Below, one piece after another: positions 14,001-27,300 of a stretch of 64,000 nt of DNA (positions within the stretch are counted from its first letter, which is position 1; every line of letters begins with the position of its first letter). Below the pieces are notes generated by a model, which was not told where the DNA came from, ran no database searches, and worked only from the letters and a program-made list of their open reading frames with translations. The stretch is from Macrostomum hystrix (Eukaryota; Animalia; Platyhelminthes): NCBI GenBank assembly GCA_950097015.1, contig CATNEN010000001.1, positions 310,001 to 374,000 on the forward strand, given 5' to 3'. Both the position numbers and the translations under genes were made by a program.

Positions 14001-17000
14001 TTGAAAGAAGCCAGGCTGATGACAGCACACGGCGGAACTGCAGCCAGACAATTGGCAGGTTGGTTCTTTGACTTGAACTGCTCTCTCCCACTCGCATCCC
14101 ACTCGCTCCCACTCGCTCCCACTCGCTCCCACTCGCTCCCACTCGCTCCCACTCGCTCCCACTCGCATCCCACTCGCTCCCACTCGCTCCCACTCGCTCC
14201 CACTCGCTCCCACTCGCATCCCACTCGCTCCCACTCGCTCCCACTCTCTCCCACTCTCTCTCAGTCTCTCCCACTCTCTCCCACTCGCTCCCACTCTCTC
14301 CCAATCTCTCTCTCAGTCTCTCCCAGTCTCTCTTAGTCTCTCCCACTCTCTCCCACTCTCTCCCACTCTCTCCCACTCGTTCCCACTCTCTCCCACTCGT
14401 TCCCACTCTCTCCCACTTTCTCCCACTCTCTCCCACTCTCTCCCACTCGTTCCCACTCTCTCTCACTTTCTCCCACTCTCTCCCACTTTCTCCCACTCTC
14501 TTCCACTCTCTCCCACTCTCTCCCACTTTCTCCCACTCTCTCCCACTCGCTCCCACTCGCTCCCACTCTCTCCCACTTTCTCCCACTCTCTCCCACTCTC
14601 TCCCACTTTCTCCCACTCTCTCCCACTTTCTCCCACTCTCTTCCACTCTCTCCCACTCTCTCCCACTTTCTCCCACTCGCTCCCACTCTCTCCCACTCTC
14701 TCTCAGTCTCTCCCACTCTCTCCCACTCGCTCCCACTCTCTCCCAATCTCTCTCTCAGTCTCTCCCAGTCTCTCTTAGTCTCTCCCACTCTCTCCCACTC
14801 TCTCCCACTCGTTCCCACTCTCTCCCACTTTCTCCCACTCTCTTCCACTCTCTCCCACTTTCTCCCACTCTCTCCCACTTTCTCCCACTCTCTTCCACTC
14901 TCTCCCACTTTCTCCCACTCTCTCCCACTCTCTCCCACTCTCTCCCACTCACTCCCACTTTCTCCCACTCTCTCCCACTCGCTCCCACTCTCTCCCACTT
15001 TCTCCCACTCTCTCCCACTTTCTCCCACTCTCTCCCACTTTCTCCCACTCTCTCCCACTTTCTCCCACTCTCTCCCACTCTCTCCCACTCTCTCCACTCT
15101 CTTTAACTCTCTCCCACTCTCTCCCACTCTCTCCCACTCTCTCCCACTCGTTCCCACTCTCTCCCACTTTCTCCCACTCTCTCCCACTTTCTCCCACTCT
15201 CTCCCACTTTCTCCCACTCTCTCCCACTTTCTCCCACTCTCTCCCACTCTCTCCCACTCTCTCCCACTCTCTTTAACTCTCTCCCACTCGCTCCCACTCT
15301 CTCCCACTCGCTCCCACTCTCTCCCACTCTCTCCCACTTTCTCCCACTCTCTCCCACTCTCTCCCACTCTCTCCCACTCTCTCCCACTCTCTCCCACTTT
15401 CTCCCACTCGCTCCCACTCTCTCCCACTCTCTCCCACTCGCTCCCACTCTCTCCCACTCGCTCCCACTCTCTCCCACTCGCTCCCACTCTCTCCCACTCG
15501 CTCCCACTCTCTCCCACTCTCTCCCACTTTCTCCCACTCTCTCCCACTCTCTCCCACTTTCTCCCACTCGCTCCCACTCTCTCCCACTCTCTCCCACTCG
15601 CTCCCACTCTCTCCCACTCGCTCCCACTCTCTCCCACTCGCTCCCACTCTCTCCCACTCGCTCCAAGTCTCTCCCTCTATCTATCACTGTTTGTCGACCA
15701 TGCATCTTAACTCATTAGGCTTAGCACGTTTATTTTTTAAATATAGTACTTTACGCAAACCCAAACTTAATAATCCACCAACATAAAAATCACCTCACGC
15801 AAACAGTCCCGCTGGCGCGATTAAGAAAAAAGACTGTGGCAATAAAAATAAACAGGTTGGGATCATTGCCCGTAAATTAATCGTACCGTCAGCAAATGGC
15901 CAGCAGGCCTACTATCTTAAACTTTTTATATGGCGATTTCGCGTCTAAAGTTCAAACCGTCTTAATCCTCCTGGTCCCAATATTACTCTTTCTCGTATTT
16001 TTTCGACATCTTTCGACCCTAATGATCAATGATCTTTTTTATTTTTGTCATGCGAAAGGCAAAATTTTTAGTCAAAACTGGTTTTTTAAGTATAAGCTAA
16101 ATGGACGTTGTGTAAAAGGTAAGGAGTAGGGTAGATAGGCTGGCAGAGGCAGAGAGTAGGGTAGATAGGCTGGCAGAGGCAGAGAGTAGGGTAGATAGGC
16201 TGGCAGAGGCAGAGAGTAGGGTAGAGACTGGCAGAGGCAGAGAGTAGGGTAGATAGGCTGGCAGAGGCAGAGAGTAGGGTAGATAGGCTGGCAGAGGCAG
16301 AGAGTAGGGTAGATAGGCTGGCAGAGGCAGAGAGTAGGGTAGATAGGCTGGCAGAGGCAGAGAGTAGGGTAGATAGGCTGGCAGAGGCAGAGAGTAGGGT
16401 AGATAGGCTGGCAGAGGCAGAGAGTAGGGTAGAGACTGGCAGAGGCAGAGAGTAGGGTAGATAGGCTGGCAGAGGCAGAGAGTAGGGTAGATAGGCTGGC
16501 AGAGGTAGAGAGTAGGGTAGATAGACTGGCAGAGGTAGAGAGTAGGGTAGATAGGCTGGCAGTGGCAGAAAGTAGGGTAGATAGGCTGGCAGAGGTAGAG
16601 AGTAGGGTAGCTAGACTGGCAGAGGTAGAGAGTAGGGTAGATAGGCTGGCAGAGGCAGAAAGTAGGGTAGATAGGCTGGCAGAGGCAGAGAGTAGGGTAG
16701 ATAGGCTGGCAGAGGCAGAGAGTAGGGTAGAGGCTGGCAGAGGCAGAGAGTAGGGTAGATAGGCTGGCAGAGGCAGAGAGTAGGGTAGATAGGCTGGTAG
16801 AGGCAGAGAGTAGGGTAGATAGGCTGGCAGAGGCAGAGAGTAGGGTAGATAGGCTGGCAGAGGCAGAGAGTAGGGTAGATAGACTGGCAGAGGCAGAGAG
16901 TAGGGTAGATAGACTGGCAGAGGCAGAAAGTAGGGTAGATAGGCTGGTAGAGGCAGAGAGTAGGGTAGATAGGCTGGTAGAGGCAGAGAGTAGGGTAGAT

Positions 17001-20000
17001 AGGCTGGCAGAGGCAGAGAGTAGGGTAGATAGACTGGCAGAGGCAGAGAGTAGGGTAGATAGGCTGGCAGAGGCAGAGAGTAGGGTAGATAGGCTGGCAG
17101 AGGCAGAGAGTAGGGTAGATAGGCTGGCAGAGGCAGAGAGTAGGGTAGATAGGCTGGCAGAGGCAGAGAGTAGGGTAGATAGGCTGGCAGAGGCAGAGAG
17201 TAGGGTAGATAGGCTGGCAGAGGCAGAGAGTAGGGTAGATAGGCTGGCAGAGGCAGAGAGTAGGGTAGATAGGCTGGCAGAGGCAGAGAGTAGGGTAGAT
17301 AGGCTGGCAGAGGCAGAGAGTAGGGTAGAGACTGGGAGAGGCAGAGAGTAGGGTAGATAGGCTGGCAGAGGCAGAGAGTAGGGCATAAGTCCCCGGGAAG
17401 GACAAGTTACAGTGAGTTTTAGAAGCAGATCGCATGTATTCTAGTGGTTACACTCGCTGCCTAATAGAAAAATGACGGACAAAGTTAAGTGGAGTAAGTA
17501 AATCAGAAACCGAATTTCGAGAAGTGTTATAAACGAAAAAAGACAGTCAGAAATCTCCACTAAACAGGATGGGAAAGTCAGCCAGATCTCAGGATTCACA
17601 AGTAAAGTCATCGATCCTTCAAGGACCTGAGTCCCTTCGGGAGGCTGAACCAACCACACAGTTCACAACAGGAGGGATTTCATGCATTCGAATCTTTCTA
17701 AATCGAAGGAACGCCGGGTTGGTGCTATCGGACGAGTCAAATCAATAATATTCGACTTCTCATACAGTTCGATTCGATTATTTAGAAACTTTGGTGCTTT
17801 TTAACAGTTTCGGTATGGCCAGAAAAGATGAAGATGAGAAGCTGGGTAAAAGAGGTTCCCTACCCCAACCCCAGATCGATGATTTTGTGTCTACTAGATT
17901 CGGGTGAGCTGGGGAAGTGGCCCCCTTCATAGCAGGTTATATAATATAGTGAGATGCTTTCCTGCTTATAGTTTGCAGAACACAGCAATCGATGGATACG
18001 AGTTTCAAGTGCGCGTATTCGGTCAGCACATTGTCACTCAGAAACTCAACGCCATGGTACAAGCCAAGGCATGTCCTTTCACACTTCGTATCGCTACTTC
18101 TACCTGACTGTATCTGCGTTTGCCTAGTCTTTGCCGAGTTTAGAACCGCATTTAAACTATTAATTTGTCACTCTCTACTCCACTCTCTCTAACCCACTTT
18201 CTACTCCACTCTCTACTCCACTCTCTACTCCGCTCTCTCTATCCCACTTTCTACTCCACTCTCTACTCCACTCTCTACTCCACTCTCTCTATCCCACTCT
18301 CTACTCCACTATCTCTATCCCACTTTCTACTCCACTCTCTCTACCTTACACTGTCTACCCCACTCTCTCTGCTCCACTCTCTACTCCACTCTCTCTATCC
18401 CACTTTCTACTCCACTGTCTCTATCCCACTCTCTACTCCACTATCTCTATCCCACTTTCTACTCCACTCTCTACTCCACTCTCTCTATCCCACTCTCTAC
18501 TCCACTCTCTCTATCCCACTTTCTACTCCACTATCTCTATCCCACTCTCTACTCCACTCTCTCTATCCCACTCTCTACTCCACTCTCTCTATCCCACTTT
18601 CTACTCCACTCTCTCTATCCCACTCTCTACTCCACTATCTCTACCTTACACAGTCTACCCCACTCTCTCTGCTCCACTCTCTACTCCACTCTCTCTATCC
18701 CACTTTCTACTCCACTGTCTCTATCCCACTCTCTACTCCACTCTCTCTATCCCACTTTCTACTCCACTCTCTCTATCCCACTTTCTACTCCACTCTCTCT
18801 CTATCCCACTTTCTACTCCACTCTCTCTATTCCACTCTCTACTCCACTCTCTCTATCCCACTCACTACTCCACTCTCTCTATCCCACTTTCTACTCCACT
18901 CTCTCTATCCCACTCTCTACTCCACTCTCTCTATCCCACTCTCTACTCCACTCTCTCTATCCCACTTTCTACTCCACTCTCTCTATCCCACTCTCTACTC
19001 CACTATCTCTACCTTACACAGTCTACCCCACTCTCTCTGCTCCACTCTCTACTCCACTCTCTCTATCCCACTTTCTACTCCACTGTCTCTATCCCACTCT
19101 CTACTCCACTCTCTCTATCCCACTTTCTACTCCACTCTCTCTATCCCACTTTCTACTCCACTCTCTCTCTATCCCACTTTCTACTCCACTCTCTCTATTC
19201 CACTCTCTACTCCACTCTCTCTATCCCACTCACTACTCCACTCTCTCTATCCCACTTTCTACTCCACTCTCTCTATCCCACTCTCTACTCCACTATCTCT
19301 ATCCCACTCTCTACTCCACTCTCTCTATCCCACTCTCTACTCCACTCTCTATCCCACTTTCTACTCCACTATCTCTATCCCACTATCTACTCCACTCTCT
19401 CTATCCCACTTTCTACTCCACTCTCTCTATCCCACTTTCTACTCCACTCTCTCTATCCCACTTTCTACTCCACTCTCTCTATCCCACTCTCTACTCCACT
19501 CTCTCTATCCCGCTCTCTACTCCACTCTCTCTATCCCACTCTCTACTCCACTCTCTCTATCCCACTCTCTACTCCACTCTCTCTATCCCACTTTCTACTC
19601 CACTCTCTACTCCACTCTCTCTATCCCACTCTCTACCCCACTCTCTCTATCCCACTTTCTACTCCACTCTCTCTATCCCACTTTCTACTCCACTCTCTCT
19701 ATCCCACTTTCTACTCCACTCTCTCTACCTTACACTCTCTACCCCACTCTCTCTCTTTACTCTACGCTCTTTACCCCACTCGCTCTACTCCACTCTCACT
19801 CTCTTTCTACCCAATACTCTGCACATCATTCCCGACCTCCCATCCGGGATCGTCCAAAACTCAAAGCAATGGACTCCAAAAAATGCCAAACTATTTTATA
19901 CGCAAATTTCAGTTGGTTCGTTGCACAGCCAAGGGACCACAGGCGAGGTAAGAGCCAGTTAATTTTTTTTTCAAGTAACATTTTTTTCTAAGAAACAAGA

Positions 20001-20912
20001 ACCAGACAGAAACTTCTCTATATTTCCAGCACTACAATCTAATGCCGAGCTTTGCGCACTCAATAGATGGCGGGTCGCCTTTGCCTCATCACAATTTTGC
20101 CACCGCTGGCAAAGGTAAGGTCTCGAAAAATATCTATTCGAAAATATGGTCTCTTTCTAAGTTAATTCTGAATATTTTTTGACTGCATTGTTTTTATAAA
20201 TGAAAGCTAGTATCAGTGAGTGTTTATCTCACAGACTGATCTACTCGACGATCTACTCGTACCTTCCCTACCTGGTTCAGTGGAGTAAATTTAGCTAAAT
20301 TAATGACTCTGATGTATCTGCTTGATAACGGGCTTATTTATCATATTTTTCTATTTTTTCCAAACCCCACTTTTTTCTGTTCGATCAAGTGTGGGATAAA
20401 GCATTCAAATTTGGATAGCATTGAATGGCGCAATAGGCAATTAAATGAGGATCAGTATTTGTGTCTGCTTGGGTGAGTGTGGCGTGTCCATGTACTGAAG
20501 TTTCGGATGCAGTGTAAAAAAAGCAACTTATATCAATTTCTTAAAATAAAAAAACTGAAATGAAGAGTAGATTTGAATTTATCTCGTATATCCTATTTAC
20601 ACTACTTACAAATTCAGTCTGCTAAGTAGTTTACTCGCATAATTTTACCATGGGATTTTTCTAAATTCAATTTACTCTAGGTAGTAGCAGGGCCGGCAAG
20701 GCTTCGAATGCAAACTCGGCAGCTGGTAATTATCAAGTCCTACGACCGCAGGGTGGCCGAGACCTGGCACAGCAGCAGCAGCAGCAGCAGCAGCCAGCCT
20801 ACTATCAGATAGCCGCGGCTGCAACTTTGAGACGCGGTGAAGCCGACGGAGGTCTGGCCAGCGATGTCGATGGCGATTTCGAAGCTACCACAATGGGTCT
20901 GCGGCAATTCAG

Positions 20913-20952
<40 letters not shown>

Positions 20953-21009
20953 AGATCTAGGCCTCAGAATCCGTCTTACGACCCTCGAGCTGGAGCCAGC
21001 TTTGTTTAA
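8016..21009 (+). CDS. Protocadherin (delta-like: 7 cadherin repeats, single TM, cytoplasmic tail ending -ASFV), multi-exon
   Basis: Exons 7997/8016-8764, 10576-11026, 11920-12597, 12734-13204, 13419-14058, 19913-19947, 20030-20114, 20681-21009; all GT-AG with consistent phases (1159 aa if the 4371 micro-exon is included). Ca-binding linkers DVNDNAP, DVNDERP, DVNDEKP, DQNDNAP, DRNDNAP, DVNDCEP; LDRE motifs; Cys motif in EC1 (DRDDLC...CCDSEEPC); TM VIVIGLIAFFFLLLVLAAAAALVLL. Confidence 0.93.
8795..10425. repeat. Intronic minisatellite, 21-bp unit (AAAGATAGGGGCGGATTTCTA)
   Basis: Tandem periodicity inside the protocadherin intron 8765-10575. Confidence 0.96.
11085..11356 (-). mobile_element. 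tRNA-derived SINE with reiterated head
   Basis: The minus strand reads CTAGTGGTTAGAGCGTCGGAC...GGGGTTCGATTCCCGAC (A and B boxes), followed by TGTGTCCTTCAGCAAGGCACTTAAC (CORE-like SINE body). A related copy lies at 54240-54420 and head fragments lie near 3100 and 13250. Confidence 0.65.
11615..11781 (+). mobile_element. Dispersed repeat with internal hairpin, copy 1
   Basis: Near-identical to 33987-34124 and, inverted, to 38450-38518; hairpin GTGTACA-TCTGCCCTGAC...GTCAGGCAG-TGTACAC. Confidence 0.75.
14082..15670. repeat. Intronic minisatellite, 10-bp unit (TCTCCCACTC / GCTCCCACTC)
   Basis: Tandem periodicity, pyrimidine-rich + strand. Confidence 0.96.
16122..17382. repeat. Intronic minisatellite, 30-bp unit (AGAGTAGGGTAGATAGGCTGGCAGAGGCAG)
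   Basis: Tandem periodicity. Confidence 0.96.
18168..19800. repeat. Intronic composite minisatellite (CCACTCTCTACT / CCACTCTCTCTATC, 12-14-bp subunits)
   Basis: Alternating related subunits in tandem. Confidence 0.93.
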
Positions 21010-21569
21010 TTTTTAAATAAGAAACATTCTCAACGATTATAACAAAAAAGCATAGCAACAGAGATTGTTTAGCTTAGATACAGGTTTTTTATACTTCTCT
21101 TGGCACTGAATCTCAACAACAAACTGGAAAAAAAAAGATATTTAAAATGCACTTTCCTTTCTTAAAAACTTGAATATACAAAGCGCCCTCGAAGCTTAGG
21201 CTTTTGTGTAAACTAGAACTCATTTAAAAATCTGCTTACACGTCATTCTTATTGTAAAAACAACACTATCATTTCCCTTTTTCTATTGCTCAAAATCAGC
21301 TTCGGCATGTTTCTAAACAAGCTGAGAACTGTTTTTAAACATACATAAGTTTCAAATAAGTGCTTATAGTTCTGTTAAGCATTATTCTGTTCAACTTTAG
21401 TTAATCTAGAATTAAAAGGGGAATTACATATCTCAACAATAACTGCTAAATAGTCTGCTTTTTTAAAGAACATAAATTGACAGAACCGACATTTACAAAA
21501 ACGAATTGACAGACGTTGACAGTTGATTAGGGAACTTACAGCCACATCTGAATGGAATTGACAGATAGA

Positions 21570-22660
21570 CCTGACAGGCACTTACAGACAGGTCTGACAG
21601 AAAATAGTACAGACACCTTCAGACAGGCCTGTAAGACAGTAGCACAGACACTTACAAACAGGTCTGACAGACAAGAGTACAGACACTTACAGACAGGTCT
21701 GACAGACAAGAGTACAGACACTTACAGACAGCTCTGACAGACAAGAGTACAGACACTTGCAAACAGGTCTGACAGACAAGAGTACAGACACTTACAGACA
21801 GGTCTGACAGACAAGAGTACAGACACTTGCAAACAGGTCTGACAGACAAGAGTACAGACACTTACAGACAGGTCTGACAGACAAGAGTACAGACACTTGC
21901 AAACAGGTCTGACAGACAAGAGTACAGACACTTACAGACAGGTCTGACAGACAAGAGTACAGACACTTACAGACAGGTCTGACAGACAAGAGTACAGAAA
22001 CTTGCAAACAGGTCTGACAGACAAGAGTACAGACACTTACAGACAGGTCTGACAGACAAGAGTACAGACACTTACAGACAGGTCTGACAGACAAGAGTAC
22101 AGACACTTGCAAACAGGTCTGACAGACAAGAGTACAGACACTTACAGACAGGTCTGACAGACAAGAGTACAGACACTTACAGACAGGTCTGACAGACAAG
22201 AGTACAGAAACTTGCAAACAGGTCTGACAGACAAGAGTACAGACACTTACAGACAGGTCTGACAGACAAGAGTACAGACACTTGCAAACAGGTCTGACAG
22301 ACAAGAGTACAGACACTTACAGACAGGTCTGACAGACAAGAGTACAGACACTTACAGACAGGTCTGACAGACAAGAGTACAGACACTTACAGACAGGTCT
22401 GACAGACAAGAGTACAGAAACTTGCAAACAGGTCTGACAGACAAGAGTACAGACACTTACAGACAGGTCTGACAGACAAGAGTACAGACACTTACAGACA
22501 GCTCTGACAGACAAGAGTACAGACACATACAGACAGGTCTGACAGACAAGAGTACAGACACTTACAGACAGCTCTGACAGACAAGAGTACAGACACTTAC
22601 AGACAGCTCTGACAGACAAGAGTACAGACACTTACAGACAGGTCTGACAGACAAGAGTAC
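21570..22660. repeat. Minisatellite, 35-bp unit (AGACACTTACAGACAGGTCTGACAGACAAGAGTAC)
   Basis: Tandem periodicity. Confidence 0.96.
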
Positions 22661-23356
22661 AAAATTAAACAGACAGAAAAGAAAATTGCAAAGATATTTC
22701 AGACGTCCAGTTGGTTAGCTTTTCTTTCCAAAAAGACACGAAGCGCAACATGTTTAGCTTCGCACATTTTTTAATATATTTATCTATTTACAAGAACTTG
22801 TACTCGAAACAAATCTCATATACAAATAGTTGCTACTATAATTATTGAATCAGGATAAATAATTAAGATAACTTCTTCGTAGTTTGAAAAAGCTTCAAAA
22901 ATACAATTTCTAAAGAAAATTGCTCTGCTCTTTGAGTCTGGAAAAATCATACGATAAAATTATAAGAAAACACACTTACTATATACTACTGGCCATATAC
23001 ATAAGTAGTATTGATTATTAGAAAAACAGTGGCTAATTTGATAAGGAAAAAATCTTTTACTGGCTCTGAGAATTACAAATTAAAATATACAAAAATATTT
23101 AAAGATTTCAAATTACGCTATTGAAATGCACATTTATGTTACAGTAATTGAAAGGAGAACAATTTTACATAATTTATCATTCATCAAGTTTATTGTTTCA
23201 CAAACGGGTGAATATGGTAAAACAAATACATAATGATCGAATTTTACATAGCGAATTTAGATAGAAAAAATTACTTTACTAGTCAATCACTTGTCTTTCA
23301 ATTTAAGGTTAATTTCATTAAGCTACTGTCACAATAAGTCAGGAAACAAATCATTC

Positions 23357-23960
23357 TATTAGTCATTTGATTAACCTCTTAATTAGTCATTTGATTAGCT
23401 TCTTAATTAGTCATTTGATTAGCTTCTTAATAGTCATTTGATTAGCCTCTTAATTAGTCATTTGATTAGCTTCTTAATTAGTCATATGATTAGCCTCTTA
23501 ATTAGTCATTTTATTAGCATCTAAACTAGTCATTTGATTAGCTTCTTAATAGTCATTTGATTAGCCTCTCAATTAGTCATTTGATTAGCCTATCAATTAG
23601 TCATTTGATTAGCCTCTTAATTAGTCATTTGATTAGCTTCTTAATTAGTCATTTGATTAGCCTCTTAATTAGTCATTTGATTAGCCTCTCAATTAGTCAT
23701 TTGATTAGCCTCTCAATTAGTCATTTGATTAGCCTCTCAATTAGTCATTTGATTAGCCTCTTAATTAGTCATTTGATTAGCCTATCAATTAGTCATTTGA
23801 TTAGCCTATCAATTAGTCATTTGATTAGCCTCTCAATTAGTCATTTGATTAGCCTATCAATTAGTCATTTGATTAGCATCTCAATTAGTGATTTTATTAG
23901 CCTCTCAATTAATCATTTGACTTGCCTCTCAATTAATCATTTGAATTGCCTCTTAATTAG
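23357..23960. repeat. Minisatellite, 24-bp unit (ATTAGTCATTTGATTAGCCTCTCA)
   Basis: Tandem periodicity. Confidence 0.94.
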
Positions 23961-24388
23961 TCCCTACATCAGTCCATTATATAAAAAATTAGTATTTCAG
24001 TTAAGCATTTTTATCATTCAAATCTTTATAACAACAGACTGTTAAAAAATAGAACTAAAAGTGCAAATCTCACAAGTTGAAATACTCAAAGCTAGATATC
24101 CACAGTCGATTATGTACTAGTAGCTAGCGAACCAATTGGAAGACTATAGCCAACTATTAACCAATGTGTTTGTGCATGTGGCAGTTGATAATTAATGAAA
24201 AACAATTACAATAGCTTAAACAAAAAGCTGCAAAGACAAAAACACAAAAAACGAGTGACGAGATTCTATTAGTCAGTTACTCAATAAAAACAAACAATTG
24301 GCTTCCCGAGGTTTTTCGTGAATAATTTCTGAGACTAATATTAATAAAATAGTCTCATAGAAGAAGAATTGAAATTTAAAAGAAATTG

Positions 24389-27300
24389 TCACACAGCGAC
24401 CTGAGGTGCACCGAATTGTACTAGCAGATCTTCTGGCGGTTTCACATTGAAAGTAAAGATAGCATGGGCAACAGCTTGAGCAGCCCCGGCAACTAATTGC
24501 AGATCGGACAATTGCTGCGAACCTGAACCTGCGGTGGACAATACATTGACAATCGAGGCGCCGCTAGTATTATTGGCAACTAATGGTAGAGCTCTTCTTG
24601 GCTGTTGTTGACCGCGAAGCTCATCGTTGCCAGCCTTCAGCAGGGCGCGGGAGCGTTGTAGATACTCCTGCTGTTCCAGGACTGGCTGAGCACCGGCATG
24701 CCCGGCTGATGCCACATCGATCACCTGGACGGCGACGGACTCGAGAATTTGAGACACTGCCGCCTGTAAGTCAGGCTGTTGGCGTTGCTGCAATAGACGC
24801 TGCTGCTGCTGCTGTTGCATATTACCGCCCATTGCACCCGAGACACCGTTTAGACCGTCGAGAGTACCATAGCCAGAGTGCTGATTGCTAGATTTGAGTT
24901 TGAAAAAGTAAGATTAGGAATACAATTAAACAATCAGTATCCGTAGATTCTGCAGTAAGTCAAAGATTCTTTGCACTGGATCAAAAATATCTTATACCCA
25001 AGGAGAAATGCGAAATAAAGGGAGAGATATGGGACAAGGGTGAGACATGGAAGAGATAAGACCTGAGGAGAGATAAGAAATGGCAGAGATGAGGCAGAGG
25101 AGAGATGAGACATGGTTGAGATAAGAAATGGCAGAGATGAGGCAGAGGAGAGATGAGACATGGTAGAGATAAGAAATGGCAGAGATGAGGCAGAGGAGAG
25201 ATGAGACATGGAAGAGATAAGACCTGAGGAGAGATAAGAAATGGCTGAGATGAGGCAGTGGAGAGATGAGACATGGTAGAGATAAGAAATGGCAGAGATG
25301 AGGCAGAGGAGAGATGAGACATGGTAGAGATAAGAAATGGCAGAGATGAGACGGTAGAGATAAGAAATGGCAGAGATGAGGCAGAGGAGAGATGAGACAT
25401 GGTAGAGATAAGAAATGGCAGAGATGAGGCAGAGGAGAGATAAGACATGGTAGAGATAAGAATTGGCAGAGATGAGGCAGAAGAGAGATGAGACATGGTA
25501 GAGATAAGAAATGGCAGAGATGAGGCAGAGGAGAGATGAGACATGGTAGAGATAAGAAATGGCAGAGATGAGGCAGAGGAGAGATAAGACATGGTAGAGA
25601 TAAGAAATGGAAGAGATGAGGCAGAGGAGAGATGAGACATGGTAGAGATAAGAAATGGCAGAGATGAGGCAGAGGAGAGATGAGACATGGTAGAGATAAG
25701 AAATGGCAGAGATGAGGCAGAGGAGAGATGAGACATGGTAGAGATAAGAAATGGCAGAGATGAGGCAGAGGAGAGATGAGACATGGTAGAGATGAGGCAG
25801 AGGAGAGATGAGACATGGTAGAGATAAGAAATGGCAGAGATGAGGCAGAGGAGAGATGAGACATGGTAGAGATAAGAAATGGCAGAGATGAGGCAGAGGA
25901 GAGATAAGACATGGTAGAGATAAGAAATGGCAGAGATGAGGCAGAGGAGAGATGAGACATGGTAGAGATAAGAAATGGCAGAGATGAGGCAGAGGAGAGA
26001 TGAGACATGGTAGAGATAAGAAATGGCAGAGATGAGGCAGAGGAGAGATGAGACATGGTAGAGATAAGAAATGGCAGAGATGAGGCAGAGGAGAGATGAG
26101 ACATGGTAGAGATAAGAAATGGCAGAGATGAGGCAGAGGAGAGATGAGACATGGTAGAGATAAGAAATGGCAGAGATGAGGCAGAGGAGAGATGAGACAT
26201 GGAAGAGATAAGACCTGAGGAGAGATAAGAAATGGCTGAGATGAGGCAGTGGAGAGATGAGACATGGTAGAGATAAGAAATGGCAGAGATGAGGCAGAGG
26301 AGAGATGAGACATGGAAGAGATAAGACCTGAGGAGAGATAAGAAATGGCTGAGATGAGGCAGTGGAGAGATGAGACATGGTAGAGATAAGAAATGGCAGA
26401 GATGAGGCAGTGGAGAGATGAGACATGGTAGAGATAAGAAATGGCAGAGATGAGGCAGAGGAGAGATGAGACATGGTAGAGATAAGAAATGGCAGAGATG
26501 AGGCAGTGGAGAGATGAGACATGGTAGAGATAAGAAATGGCAGAGATGAGGCAGAGGAGAGATGAGACATGGTAGAGATAAGAAATGGCAGAGATGAGAC
26601 GGTAGAGATAAGAAATGGCACAGATGAGGCAGAGGAGAGATAAGAAATGGCAGAGATGAGGCAGAGGAGAGATAAGAAATGGCAGAGATGAGGCAGAGGA
26701 GAGATGAGACATGGTACAGATGAGGCAGAGGAGAGATGAGACATGGTAGAGATAAGAAATCGCAGAGATGAGGCAGAGGAGAGATGAGACATGGTAGAGA
26801 TAAGAAATGGCAGAGATGAGGCAGAGGAGAGATGAGACATGGTAGAGATAAGAAATGGCAGAGATGAGGCAGAGGAGAGATGAGACATGGTAGAGATAAG
26901 AAATGGCAGAGATGAGGCAGAGGAGAGATAAGACATGGTAGAGATAAGAAATGGCAGAGATGAGGCAGAAGAGAGATGAGGCAGAAGAGAGATGAGACAT
27001 GGTAGAGATAAGAAATGGCAGAGATGAGGCAGAGGAGAGATGAGACATGGTAGAGATAAGAAATGGCAGAGATGAGACGGTAGAGATAAGAAATGGCAGA
27101 GATGAGGCAGAGGAGAGATAAGAAATGGCAGAGATGAGGCAGAGTAGAGATGAGACATGGTAGAGATAAGAAATGGCAGAGATGAGGCAGAGGAGAGATA
27201 AGACATGGTAGAGATAAGAAATGGCAGAGATGAGGCAGAAGAGAGATGAGACATGGTAGAGATAAGAAATGGCAGAGATGAGACGGTAGAGATAAGAAAT

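Noticed and set aside
21570-22660. CRISPR-like appearance of the 35-bp (and 39-bp) repeats
   Set aside because: Head-to-tail units with no unique spacers and no cas genes, in eukaryotic intron-containing DNA.
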